Below, in pieces: positions 34,218 through 46,051 of a stretch of DNA of 64,000 nt. The stretch lies in IMG/VR virus record IMGVR_UViG_3300028886_000045. One strand, given 5' to 3'. The position numbers and the translations under genes were made by a program. The notes beneath the pieces are model-generated. The model ran no database searches, had not been told where the DNA came from, and saw nothing but the letters and a program-made list of their open reading frames with translations. Positions within the stretch are counted from its first letter, which is position 1, and every line of letters begins with the position of its first letter. This DNA is from a virus. Its lineage: Duplodnaviria > Caudoviricetes.

Positions 34218-34460
34218 TTAATATTTTGTTATCGCTTCGTACATTTGCCGTGCCTCTCTTGGTGTTATAGTTACGCCATTTGACGCACATTTCAAGCGGT
34301 CTGCTATATCCGCGATATTTCCTATAATAAAACCACTACCCTTACAGTTGCTACATTTTAAGCGTGTAGGAATATCATGCTCCCACGCCCAAACAGACGA
34401 GCGACTATAATACCTTGGGTTGGAAACGTAACCGCTACCATTACATTTTGGACACTTCAT
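34218..34460 (-). CDS. DnaJ-type CxxCxGxG zinc-finger protein
   Basis: CPKCNGSG and CSNCKGSG. Confidence 0.7.
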   Translation of the reverse strand: MKCPKCNGSGYVSNPRYYSRSSVWAWEHDIPTRLKCSNCKGSGFIIGNIADIADRLKCASNGVTITPREARQMYEAITKY

Positions 34461-36040
34461 CGCTTGTAGTTTCTTCTGTAACTTTCCCTATTCAGTTTCC
34501 AATATACTTGTCTGACCTTTCGGTAAAACATTTCCTCTGTCATTCCGAAACGCCACACTTGATATGGCTTGTAATCTGCGACACCATAGCCAACGCTAAC
34601 CCCTACAACACGCTCTTTCCCATTCCATAGCCTTTCAGTCGTTACGCTGTTTATGTGCGCACAGAAACGCGCCCTCGCTATTACCTTTCTTAGCAACTTT
34701 ACCTTCATGCCTTTACGATAAAATGGAAATACAAATTATTTCTTCTGAAATTGAAATACCACTCATCGGCATTCAGCATTTTCTTCATTCCGCGAATAAA
34801 ATCCTCATCATAATCAAAAGCCGAACTCATAGTTAAATTCACCATATATCCGTTATAGGAAATGGTGTTGTTATATACCCTTGGTGATATATCCCAATGC
34901 TTGATAGTGTCCTCATCGCACTTTTCCTTCAGCCTTTGGATTTTTCCAAATATTTCCGCTATCGTTGTGCTAACTTGTCCACTTACAGCATCACACGCTT
35001 CTTTTGTTGCTATCATTTCGCAAACATCAATCCCTTTTTCCATTATCTTTCCCTTTTGTTATCCACGACTTTACCAATTCTTCAACTTGACACACTTGTT
35101 TCGTAGATAAGTAAGCCAAATGCACCTTGAAAAAACCCTCGCCCTCGCTAAAGTCTTCCATTGTGATACACGCCTTTGGGTGCGCGTCATTTTTCCTACC
35201 ACCACAATCTATATCGGATAGGCACTTATTGACATCTGCCAATTCTGAGGTTGTTCGCTCCCACGGCATAGGAATATCTACCTCCAATGGGCTGTTTTCA
35301 ATCGTAACAAAATCGCCTACTTCTTTAGGTGACAATGGCAAATAGAAACCGCCCCCATATTCCCCAAAAGTCCAACGATACCTCCCCAAAAAAGAGTCAT
35401 ATATCCTTTTAGGCTTTTGGAAGAACATAAAGATAGTGTCCTCTGTACTTGTTTTTTCCCTTGTAAGCCAAACTTTCATATTTGCTTTCTTTATTTTACA
35501 TCCGATATTTCCATACGCACACGCTACAATCCTTTGCAGAACACCAACGGCACTCACTATTGATATTTGCCACGATTTCCTCAAGACTGCGGTCGTGTGG
35601 GGCTTGATTTATAGGTCTCATCGCTCTTTCTATTTAGAATAATAGCAAGTAAAAGGCTTAAAACAGACAATTCCGTAAAACGGATTTGTGATACCATTTC
35701 TGAAATTTGAAAATGTTTCAGAAATTGCTTCCATTATAAACCCATCATCTGTGTCACCATCCAAATCGGGCATTTCTTCGTGCTTTTGTTTCGATAAAAA
35801 TTGAATTATTATCTTTGACACTATATCTATATCAAAATCAAATTGGAATTTCTGCCAACCCAAAAAAGGTTCACCCTTACCATCCCACCAACCTAAACAA
35901 TACTTTCCGTCTTCGGTTGTTTGGAAACAGAGTTTATTTGGGTCTGTACCATCGTACTTTAACGCAAATTCCAACGCTGATTTTAATTGATTATAATCGC
36001 CCGATATTACTAATTTCTGATTGCTACTAAACATATCGCC

Positions 36041-36403
36041 TTAATTTAATAAGCCTCTTTCTTTAAGTTTGCGTATCATTTCGTAGCAAGCATCAATAGG
36101 ATTCAAATAGGAATCAGTCATAAATCCATTTGCTTCAAAATAATATCCACCTTCATACATCTGTAACTCGTATCTACCACTTTTACGAATTACTTCCAAA
36201 AGTGCTGACGCGCTCCAAGCATGATAGAATTTCACTCCCCCATCACCATCCTTTACACAATCCCAATCATTAATAGGGAGAATCCTTGTTGTGTCATCAA
36301 CAAAAACATTCCATCCCATATCTGCACTATCAAGTGGCAGTATCTCAGCAAGTATCTTGCTTTGTGACAAATCTGTATATGCTTTCATAACAAATCCCCT
36401 CAA
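36041..36403 (-). CDS. Phage hypothetical protein, family D
   Basis: AYTDLSQSKILAEILPLDSADM...WSASALL. Confidence 0.75.
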   Translation of the reverse strand: MRGFVMKAYTDLSQSKILAEILPLDSADMGWNVFVDDTTRILPINDWDCVKDGDGGVKFYHAWSASALLEVIRKSGRYELQMYEGGYYFEANGFMTDSYLNPIDACYEMIRKLKERGLLN

Positions 36404-37035
36404 TTTGAAATTCTTAATATTTTATATCTATAACTTCTTTTGGTCAAAGTCACTCGCTTTTTCCAAATTTCCATTTTGTTTTTTTTACGAATGTTCTTCC
36501 AACTGTTCCAATCGGAGCAGTTTCTTCATATCTAACTATTCGCCTTATTGGAATACTTTTTGCGCTAATGTGTAACCAACAATGGTTTTCGGAATCTTGC
36601 TCATGTGGAGCACAACATTCAAAGTCACAGCAACACTCATCGCGCCAAGGATTATGAATTGCAATTCCAAACCATTGAAATAGGCTTTGTATTCTTGCAG
36701 AAAATGCTATATTTTTACTAAAAGCGGTTCTAAGATAATAATTGTAAAATATTTTTTTCATATATCTATCATTTCGTAAGTTTTAAGTACAATTCGTATA
36801 ACTCTTCCTCGGAATACTTATACCAAAGATGATAGTTAGGGTATTGCCAATCAAACTTATCTACAAATCCCCCAATATAGTGACCAAGCCCCATATCCTC
36901 TACTATACCCATTTTGTCATAACTTGGTTCAACACCCCTAAGTAGATTTATGATGTCTTTTTTGGTTAATTCTACATTCATAGATATTGTTATTTAAGTT
37001 CTACTATTTATGTTTTAGCGTTTACCCCCAACAGC

Positions 37036-37500
37036 CTAAATACAAGCCTTTGGGGGATAAACATAACCATCGCTCGTTCTGTGTTCTGCAAGAAACTCGA
37101 ATTGCTCGACAATGGACACCCTACCATTTTCCTTTTTTTCGTCACAACCCCTAATTGTGAAATGTGCTATTCCGACATTACACCCATTTGTACCCCCATC
37201 AAAGAGGCAGTAGCGATAATAGCAACTCATATCCATTTCATAAGAGCCGTTTTCTTCGTTCTTACGCAACCGACCTTCACATTCTACACGCACCTCGCGA
37301 AACATTACAGGCATGGTATTAAAAGGTGTGCTAATCGCCTTGATAAGCAAAGAGCCATCGTAAATTATCTTTTCGCTTATCTCAAAATCCACATTTACGC
37401 CCATGCGTAAGAAAGTGGTTTTCAGACTATCGCACATATCTTTGATACTGCCCTCGTTCAAAAGCGAGAATATGCTTACTCTGTTGTTCTTCTTTTCCAT
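37036..37500 (-). CDS. Hypothetical protein, distant paralog of 54650..55036
   Basis: Shared NT....FR...V......Y..F...G..VG pattern. Confidence 0.6.
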   Translation of the reverse strand: MEKKNNRVSIFSLLNEGSIKDMCDSLKTTFLRMGVNVDFEISEKIIYDGSLLIKAISTPFNTMPVMFREVRVECEGRLRKNEENGSYEMDMSCYYRYCLFDGGTNGCNVGIAHFTIRGCDEKKENGRVSIVEQFEFLAEHRTSDGYVYPPKACI

Positions 37501-37838
37501 ACTACTTTTTTTGTTTTATTATACTTGTTTTCTTAATTACAATGCAAAGGTACGAATAAATTTTGAATTATGCAAATTTTTTACCAATAATTTTCTTCTT
37601 TTATCGCATTTTTAACATTTCACCACGACAATATAGGCTTCTGTGACTTCATTCACACCTATCATCCAAAATTTCGTCAATCCACACCTTTGTTTCCTTT
37701 AGGGAATATCCGTGCACAAAACCGCGCCTATCCTTATCTTTTGCCTCCCAACATATACGATGTTTGGGGTGATAATACCCTACGCATATCACCTCAAGAC
37801 CACGATACAGATAATGCCCCCTACTTATCCGTTTTGCC

Positions 37839-39743
37839 TTATATCCCATTTCGTACAAAATATTTGTCAATAAACGATTTTGAGAATAAAGTCCGTTCCA
37901 CCAAAGTATATGTTTCCTTTTCCTTTGCCGTAATTGGGCGTTTCCACTTCAAACGATTCTTCACGGTTTCTATCGCCACCCTTACGACTTCTTCCAACCC
38001 ATAACCACCTTTTGCCTTCAGTTCACGCGCCATAATCTGACCCACAAACATCTTTATATACTCATTTTCTGCGACCCTTTCCTTTAGGTATAAATCCTTT
38101 ACCTTTTTCAGCAATCGCACAAAACGGAAATACTGCGACCTATGCAAACGCGAATTAAGATAGTATTCTATATCATCCATATTCACATCGTCATAGTTTA
38201 ATACACCATATATTGTATCATTATATTGCGACTTCACTTGCACACGAATTGAAACGCGGTTTTTCCGCGAATGATACCAATAGTAATCATCCTTTGGCTT
38301 ATACTTAATCGCATAGTCGTATGTCTTATAATATCCTTTTTTCTGTTCTTCGCCTATCGCCTCTAATGTGTATATGCCTTCCGTTGGAATAGATGGTGTA
38401 GAGAACTTATTGCTATAATACTTAATAAAATCGTAGTCTTTATCAAACTCATAGCCGTATTCCAATCCGAATTGTTTAGGTATAAGCACTATGCGCTTTC
38501 CCTCGCACAACGTACTATTCACCTTTCTTAGCCAATCCTTTATCGGCAATCTACCATCACCAAGCGCGTGCGATAAGTCAAGTTCATATCGCAAACAAAT
38601 CTGACCGTCCTCTATCCCCTCCAAGTTAAGGAAACTACCCTTTACGTTATGTGGCGAAAAGACATCTGAGCGGTCTATCAGTCCTTGCATAAGAAATGCC
38701 ACTTGCGTATATCGCTTTCGGAACGTCTCACTTTCCGTCTGATTGTGTCTGATTACGTTTCCCTTTTCCGCACTTTCTGCTTTAAGTATGTTTTCGTATT
38801 CGTCTTTGTTCGGAAACATTCTATCTGTAAGGATTATATGCTCGGATTCAATCTTATACAGATTTTCACCATTACGAACAAGAAAGACAGTTTGGTGATT
38901 ATTTTCATTCATCATCCAATTATACAAACGGTCGCTTGCAGTATTTCCGTCTGTATATAATTTATCCGTCCTACGCGGTTTCAAGGCTACCATTGATTTC
39001 TCATCGGGCATCAAATCCTTATAGTGGTTATCTTCCAACAGCCACTTATCAAACCTATCCGATTTTTGCCAATCGAAATCATCATCTATTAGTGCCATTT
39101 CTTCATCCATGAAAATAACCGCCTGTCGGAATACAATAGGTGTCGTTTCACTTGAAGGCTCACCCTTTTGCAATCGTATCAAGTCCTCTTTGATACCCAT
39201 ATAGGTCTCTATCGTCTGAATTACATAATCCAAGCGTTTGACCTCGTTTTTCATTTTCTTCACCATATCTTGTATCGGTTGCATACGCGCCTTCAAATCC
39301 TTTATTTGCTGTTGCATTATCAACTCTGCGTATTTCCGCGTCTTTTCTGCTACCGCACAAGCCTTACTAATATCATCCTTTAACGCCAAAAGTGTTTCCT
39401 TGTTGTTAAGGGACATCAAAGCCGTATCGTCACTTTCCGTAAACTCCTCTATGGTCTCGCCATTTAACACACGTTCTGCCAACGCCTTTATTTCTTCGGC
39501 ATCAGCACCAAGCACCTTATAATATTCTTCAAGACTGCTTTTTGAAATATGATAGCCTTTGTAATAGCCATCCTTGGTTACTTCCAAAGTTATGGGATTT
39601 ATCTCATCCACGATAACACCCCCATCTTCTTTAATGGCTGAAATCTGATACAACCTTTCGCGGTCATACAGATAACCACCAACCATTAACTTCTCGCTAA
39701 CGGCTAAAGTCAAATCGGATTTCTTTATGATACTTGTTTTCAT
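37839..39743 (-). CDS. Large conserved hypothetical phage protein with a coiled coil (634 aa)
   Basis: Long ORF with its own promoter (39771); no motif recognised. Confidence 0.85.
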   Translation of the reverse strand: MKTSIIKKSDLTLAVSEKLMVGGYLYDRERLYQISAIKEDGGVIVDEINPITLEVTKDGYYKGYHISKSSLEEYYKVLGADAEEIKALAERVLNGETIEEFTESDDTALMSLNNKETLLALKDDISKACAVAEKTRKYAELIMQQQIKDLKARMQPIQDMVKKMKNEVKRLDYVIQTIETYMGIKEDLIRLQKGEPSSETTPIVFRQAVIFMDEEMALIDDDFDWQKSDRFDKWLLEDNHYKDLMPDEKSMVALKPRRTDKLYTDGNTASDRLYNWMMNENNHQTVFLVRNGENLYKIESEHIILTDRMFPNKDEYENILKAESAEKGNVIRHNQTESETFRKRYTQVAFLMQGLIDRSDVFSPHNVKGSFLNLEGIEDGQICLRYELDLSHALGDGRLPIKDWLRKVNSTLCEGKRIVLIPKQFGLEYGYEFDKDYDFIKYYSNKFSTPSIPTEGIYTLEAIGEEQKKGYYKTYDYAIKYKPKDDYYWYHSRKNRVSIRVQVKSQYNDTIYGVLNYDDVNMDDIEYYLNSRLHRSQYFRFVRLLKKVKDLYLKERVAENEYIKMFVGQIMARELKAKGGYGLEEVVRVAIETVKNRLKWKRPITAKEKETYTLVERTLFSKSFIDKYFVRNGI

Positions 39744-40197
39744 ACCTTTGTTTTGCTCTTAATTACAATGCAAAGATACTAATAAAGTTTGTAATATGCA
39801 AATTTTTTGCCAACTTTTTCACTATCTTACCGATTTTTAACACTTTTCGGCTTTCTGTGTTTTATTGTTTTTCGCCCATTCTTCAAGCAAGTTATGTTCC
39901 TTGTCAGTATATTTAGGCGTTACCAAATGTGCGTCACACGCTATTAGATGTTCAGCAAGTACACCCAAAGCATCCAAATCCACCTCTTTTACTTCAAGGG
40001 TGTTGATAGTCTCTTTTACCACATTCAAGGCTTGTAATTCGGCTGCGGTCATACACTCTTGCACATTGCCAAATGGATTTGGCTTGCAAGCGTTTTTCAA
40101 TGCTTTTTCAATTTTTTCTATCTCTTCCACTACTGCGTTTAATTCAATGTATCGTGCCATAACTTTTCCTCATTTTTATTATTCTGTTACTTCAATA

Positions 40198-40623
40198 TTA
40201 ATATATATTTAAGCCTATACAATCTATTGCCAACCCACGCCCTATAAGGTTACGATAATCAAAGTGATTAGCATTAAGCCAATCAATAGATTCTGTTCCA
40301 ACGATTATAGGGAATAACAACTGTTGCAAATGGTCACTTCTATCCATAAGACTAAGTGCCATATCGCTATATCTTTTCCTAATTTGATAATATTCATACT
40401 CTTCTTCTGTGGTCATGCTTGACATTGGACGGAGGTAGGGTTTTACTTCTGCACAATCAAATACTATGTCTGCGTGTTTAGTTCTAATAGAAATCTTATT
40501 TTCAATAGATATTCCCGATATTACGCCTAATTCCACAGAAGGGTTTGTTGTGGTTACTTTCACCCCATAACGTAGCCTTGCGCAAAGGTCTTTAAGTAAA
40601 AGTTCTTTATCCTCTTGTTTCAT
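40198..40623 (-). CDS. Phage hypothetical protein, family A
   Basis: LLLKDLCARLRYGVK...KPYLRPMSSMT...DWLNANHFDYR. Confidence 0.85.
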   Translation of the reverse strand: MKQEDKELLLKDLCARLRYGVKVTTTNPSVELGVISGISIENKISIRTKHADIVFDCAEVKPYLRPMSSMTTEEEYEYYQIRKRYSDMALSLMDRSDHLQQLLFPIIVGTESIDWLNANHFDYRNLIGRGLAIDCIGLNIY

Positions 40624-40625
40624 GA

Positions 40626-41063
40626 CTAAACCTCCGTTTTAGTATAAGGGTCATTTTCTTTGGTTACTTTGATTGCAAGGTTTCTTGGGATTAATTCCAT
40701 AAAGTCAAAATAATTTTCAAGTAGCCATTGAATTTGATTATAATTGGCTATATGTATCTTGCATTCTGATTCTCGGAGATAATCCTTGAAATGCTGAAAC
40801 TCCCCTATCTCTTTCAATGTCATACTTGACATAGGACGGAGATATGGTTTGTAATCTAAAACGCTTAAAGGTTCTATAATACTGTGTTCGTCTTTTTTAC
40901 CCCCTTTCAAGGTGTATATAAACCTATCATCAATCCCTATCAATGTTTCAACGGAACTAAAATCACAATCTCTGTCATAGTCCCAATCATTATGTAGAAT
41001 TTTCACATTATAAGGTATTGCCATAGACAAATACCTTAATAGCAAATCTTTATCTTGTTTCAT
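40626..41063 (-). CDS. Phage hypothetical protein, family A
   Basis: IPYNVK...KPYLRPMSSMT...WLLENYFDF. Confidence 0.8.
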   Translation of the reverse strand: MKQDKDLLLRYLSMAIPYNVKILHNDWDYDRDCDFSSVETLIGIDDRFIYTLKGGKKDEHSIIEPLSVLDYKPYLRPMSSMTLKEIGEFQHFKDYLRESECKIHIANYNQIQWLLENYFDFMELIPRNLAIKVTKENDPYTKTEV

Positions 41064-42433
41064 AACTTATCGTTTTTAAGTTTCACTTTACCTCTATTAA
41101 AAGTTGTCTTCAACAAAACTTCTTATTTTTACGCATACTTTATATGCTTCGGCTTGTTCTTTACTTATTCTATCATCAATAGCGGTTGCTTTTATTGCAT
41201 CTTGCAATCTTTCTATCTCCGCTATTAAAGTATCTTTTTCTTCATTTGTCATTGTTTATTCCCCCATTGTTTTATTTTTGCTACCGATACCATACCCTAA
41301 ACAGAAAGGGTTTTTTGGATATTGTTTTTATATTGATTATACTAACTTCAAAATGTATTGATAACCAAGCATTAAAACTTGTGCGACTTGCAAAATCTTT
41401 ATATTCTATCATGCTTTCATACAGATATTACTTTGGTTTTTATGCCTCAACTATTTCCCCAGTTTCAATCACATAGCCTTGTTTGCCACACCTCGGACAT
41501 TCAAGGTCTTTAAGCAAGGTTTTAGTTGGTCTTACCGCCAACCATCTGTACTTGCAATCAATACAAATAACCTCGCTTACTTTGTGTGGTTGATTTTCGT
41601 TTATATCTTTAATCATATTTATTCAATCATTGCTTTTTTAAGGTCATCGACTACTAAATCAGTATCAACCCAAGTTCCTTCATTATCGCGGAATAGATAT
41701 GCTTCATCATAGAGATGTTGCTTTATCCATTCGCAAACCTTATCAATCATTGTTTTATCTGCCCATTCTGCACCCTCTTTGAAACGATGATAGCATTCGT
41801 TCCATTCAACGGGATGTGAATATTGGTCAGCACGATTCTTTGAAGCCTTTTCTCTTTCTTCTTTTCTTTTCATATTTTATCCCCCATCAACTTCTTATTA
41901 TACCAATCTACCCACTTTTGGCGGTCTTGTTTGTAGGTTTCCAATGCAACGACCAAATTTTGATTAAACTCATCCCTTATGGCATATACAATTTCCTTCC
42001 AATCTGCCGTTGTTCTTGTGCGCATAAGGTAATGTTCCCTCCAATAATCGAAGGACTCAACGCATTTGCGATATTCTTCTTGTATTTCTTCTTTTGTCAT
42101 ATCTGCGTATCTTCTTCCATGATTGTGTTCTAAGCGTATGCCCAAAATTTTCCATTATATAGAGCCACCATCCTTTGTCGTAATAAGGCTTTTGCTTCAA
42201 CGCGACATTGGCGCGGTGATACAAACCATAATTCAAGGGAACTTGCGACCATAAGCCATTACGGTTGCAATACCATACCATGCGATTAAGTATTTTATTT
42301 GCTTTTCTTCTTCTCATTTCTATCTTTATAGTTCTTTAATATGATTCTGAAACTATCCATAGCAAATATCTGTTCTTTAATATCGCATTTATTGAATGGT
42401 TTCCCATTTATCTTGCACGACACTAAAGCACCA

Positions 42434-42808
42434 TTATAATCTATTTCTATTTTCACAATATTGCTTTTCTAACACACTTTTCGTTTCATCATAATCGGGC
42501 TTTGGAAATTGGTTTTTCCTTATAATGACACCTTTTATATGTGTCTTTCCGTCAAGGTAGGCATGAACCAATCTGTGAGCACCGTCAACTAACTTGTATT
42601 CTTCATCAAGAATTATAGGATAAGAGTAGTCTGCTTTTAGAACTGACTGCATTTCCCTTGCAAGTTCCTTGAAACTTCCTATATTCCAATAGTTATCTTG
42701 ATTAAGAAAGGTTTCTATGTTGATGTCTTTTTGCGGATTGTCTTTGGTTGCATTCCAAAGTTTAACAACATCCCACGACTTGCCTCCTTTGTAATAATAT
42801 CCGTGCAT
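42434..42808 (-). CDS. ParB/Srx-like N-terminal domain protein
   Basis: YPIILDEEYKLVDGAHRLVHA. Confidence 0.75.
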   Translation of the reverse strand: MHGYYYKGGKSWDVVKLWNATKDNPQKDINIETFLNQDNYWNIGSFKELAREMQSVLKADYSYPIILDEEYKLVDGAHRLVHAYLDGKTHIKGVIIRKNQFPKPDYDETKSVLEKQYCENRNRL

Positions 42809-44808
42809 ACATTATATCTTCATTGCTTTTTTGAGGTCACTTATTAACGAATTACTATCAAACCAAGTACCTTCTTGATTTCTGATTAGATATGCTTCAC
42901 TATGTTGGTATATCCAATTACAAACCTCATCGATTATCAGATTTCTCCCTTCGTCTTTACCTACAAGGAAGCCCCCAGTTATAGCATGGGTTATTGCATC
43001 AACTAAAGGTTTATTTAATATAGCAGCACATTGTCTGCTTGTTTCCGCTATTCTTTCTTCTGGTTTCATATCTTTTCTATTTTAAGTCTAACTTCTTGTG
43101 GCTCTTCATCTTCCCAACTTGGATTAACACCTTTAGGTAGGTCTTTTTCTTCGATTGGCAGAAAACAAACACCCCATTGATATACCCATATACCCATTGT
43201 TTTTATAGGTTTTTGGTCATACAAAAATATTTTACCATTTTTGTCCCTTGCTAACCATGCTTTCATTTCCATAGCAACAGCACATATTTATTTGGGTTTT
43301 TATTCATATCTTTCAAAACGCACTCTGCCTCCTCCTTTGTTTGGAAACGTGTACTTCCATTCCAACTAAAGTAAACTTCAACACTTTCCATTCTCAAAAT
43401 CTTCCAACCCAAATCTTTTACACAATTTGGATAACCGATAATCACAACAGTACCAAGCCTTCTACCTAACCAATTAACCCTATCTATCGTATAGGTTTTA
43501 ACTATCTTTGTTGGCTTTCCGAAAACATTCCATTTGAGAATTTCCGTATGTTCTTTTATCTTTAACCGCATAGTTCTTTTCCGATTAATCCGTATTATCA
43601 AGCATTTCTATAAACAATGCCCCCACGGAAATCCCTTTAGGGAATTTCCTTGAAAGTCACTTGTTACTTCTTTTCTACTACCCCATCCGCATTCACGACA
43701 TACTGACCTATCTTTCCGTTCTCGTCTTGCTTGACGATTTTCAGCCACCAATAATCACCGTAGTGGTCATTTCCGTTTTCCTCACACTTACGCTTGTATT
43801 TCAAAGCGGAATCCACAGCCTCCTTGTAATCCGTGTGCATAGACTTCACCAACGAACTTACACCATCAGTAAAGACAACCACATACATTTCCACGCGACC
43901 CCCCACCGCCTTGATTTTGATAGGCTCACCGCTTTCTGCGCAACGCAAGGTTTCATGCTGACTATACACATTGTTAATGCCTTTTTCCAAAGCAAGAAAA
44001 TGCCTAATATCCCTATAAATAGGATATGACTGCGCAATAAACCTACGTTGGTAATCATTCTCGCATCCATGTCCACTCCAATCGTAGGAATCATAACCGC
44101 CTAAGTTGGGAACAACCAAGTCCTTTGCCCCTTTCAGAAACTTACGCACCTTTCCGAACTTATCAAGCAAAGCCGTGGTGTTGCCCATTATCGTATCGCC
44201 ACTTGCAAAGCGGTGACAGTCTTCCACGCAATCCGCGATTATGCGTAATGCACTTTCGGTTACTTCCAATGTGTATTTCTTTTCCATATTATTTCCTTTC
44301 CGCTAAACTGCTGACCTTTTGTAAAAAACGCCTTGTTACGCCCCATGCTTCGCTTGCAGATTGGGGAACAAACCAACTACTTAGTACCCATGCAATACCA
44401 TTGTACGCAATCAGTAACAAAGCCAACAAAGCCAATACGACCAAGGCGATGATGTTTCTTAATTCTTTCATGCAACTATTCCGTTTCGTCTGCCCAATCT
44501 GCTTTTTCTGCGAGATAATCAGCAAACCAAAGAATGAAACTTACCAAAACCATTTTGTGTGACTGCCTTTTCTTTTTGCAGTATATCACCTTACCGAATA
44601 ATAGCATACCCACCATATCAATAAAGTTACTGACTACCGTGAATATCATACACGCGATAAAAGCCACAACAAATGAAACCGCATAAACAACCAACCATAG
44701 GATGTTTAGCATTAAACGCTTTAACTGACCTAACATTTCTTTTCTTTTCTAAATAGGGGATGCAATGCCACCAACGACACCCCATCCCCTTACATTATGT
44801 ATAGCACT

Positions 44809-45141
44809 TTAGAATCTATCCAAGTACATTGTGTAGTACATCTTACACTTTTTACAGATGATTTCCAAGGCTTCTTCAACCGACTTGCAATCGTGCCAAT
44901 ATCCACGACTTGAAGAAACGACTGCCTTTGTATCGTTGTCAAACATCTCACCGTCTGCTGAGAAATCCACCATATAGTAAAAGTAATCCCCACCGTTTCT
45001 TATTACGCTGAGTTCTTTTGGGTTCTCTATTTCGATAACCAAGCGACACTCGAAACGCTTTGCCCAACACTTATCAAAAAGTGCCTGTAACTTCTGTTTG
45101 TTACTTTCGTTCATGCGGTGGTATGGATGATTATTTGCCAT
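44809..45141 (-). CDS. Hypothetical protein (start revised to MANNHPY)
   Basis: The track's GTG start lies inside pseudoknot 45151-45177. Confidence 0.75.
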   Translation of the reverse strand: MANNHPYHRMNESNKQKLQALFDKCWAKRFECRLVIEIENPKELSVIRNGGDYFYYMVDFSADGEMFDNDTKAVVSSSRGYWHDCKSVEEALEIICKKCKMYYTMYLDRF

Positions 45142-45469
45142 ATTTCTTGTGACCTTTTTATCCACTTAGTCATGTGGTCTTATTTTTACCTTTATCTCTT
45201 AATTACAATGCAAAGGTAGTCATTTTTTTTGAAATATGCAAATTTTTTACCAACTTTTTTCGCCTTTTACCAAAATTTTAACACTTTCGGTTAAAGATAT
45301 GCGTCTTTATGCCAAAGACATTCAGCAAGTGAAGCCAATCCATACCTTGCGCCACCCAATAAGGTTACATCTTTCCACTTATTCCAAAAATGCTTTCGGT
45401 ACTGCATATAATAGGTGGCATCATTCCTTAACACACGGAAATGTAAACTTCTGTAAACAATCTTTTCCA

Positions 45470-46051
45470 TTATCCTACCAATTTGAAATCCAACACATAC
45501 ACGGGGGTATCTTCTGATTTGTCATAATCCTTGAAAACTTTGTCTATCAGCGCACAATAGGCTTCGCGTGGGGTCTTGAACTTATAGGAACGTCCCTCTC
45601 CCTCAAATCCATATCCTTGCACATCCCACGCTTCAAAAACCTCTACGCCATTTCTTATGCAATCCGCGTCCGATATGTCATAAAGGCTACCAACCCTTAC
45701 GTTGGTAACTTCTATCCTATGTGGCATTAACACGCCCATTACCTTGTTTCTGTCCGTAACACCTTCATCCCCACTTTGAACTAATGCAATAATCGCATCC
45801 TCTATTTCTTTAGGTAGGTATTCCGTTTCCATCAGTTCTTTATAGGTCTGTGCGACTGCGATTTCTTCACCCTTTACAAAAGGGTTACGCAAAACCATAA
45901 AGTCCCTTAATGACATACTTTTATATTCTTCTGTAAGGCTGTTGAACTCGTCCATCATACACTTAGGGCACATAATACGCGCTTGCGTCTTCGTTCCCCT
46001 TATTACGGCTTTTATCATGCCGTATTCGCTATTTAGACTTATTACTTTCAT
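45470..46051 (-). CDS. ASCH/PUA-like phage protein
   Basis: MIKAVIRGTKTQARI...MPHRIEVTNVRV..L.DISDADC..G. Confidence 0.65.
   Translation of the reverse strand: MKVISLNSEYGMIKAVIRGTKTQARIMCPKCMMDEFNSLTEEYKSMSLRDFMVLRNPFVKGEEIAVAQTYKELMETEYLPKEIEDAIIALVQSGDEGVTDRNKVMGVLMPHRIEVTNVRVGSLYDISDADCIRNGVEVFEAWDVQGYGFEGEGRSYKFKTPREAYCALIDKVFKDYDKSEDTPVYVLDFKLVG

Noticed and set aside
2300-45260. Recurrent repeats as a CRISPR array
   Set aside because: They are dispersed and separated by whole genes; promoter and leader motifs explain them, and there are no cas genes.
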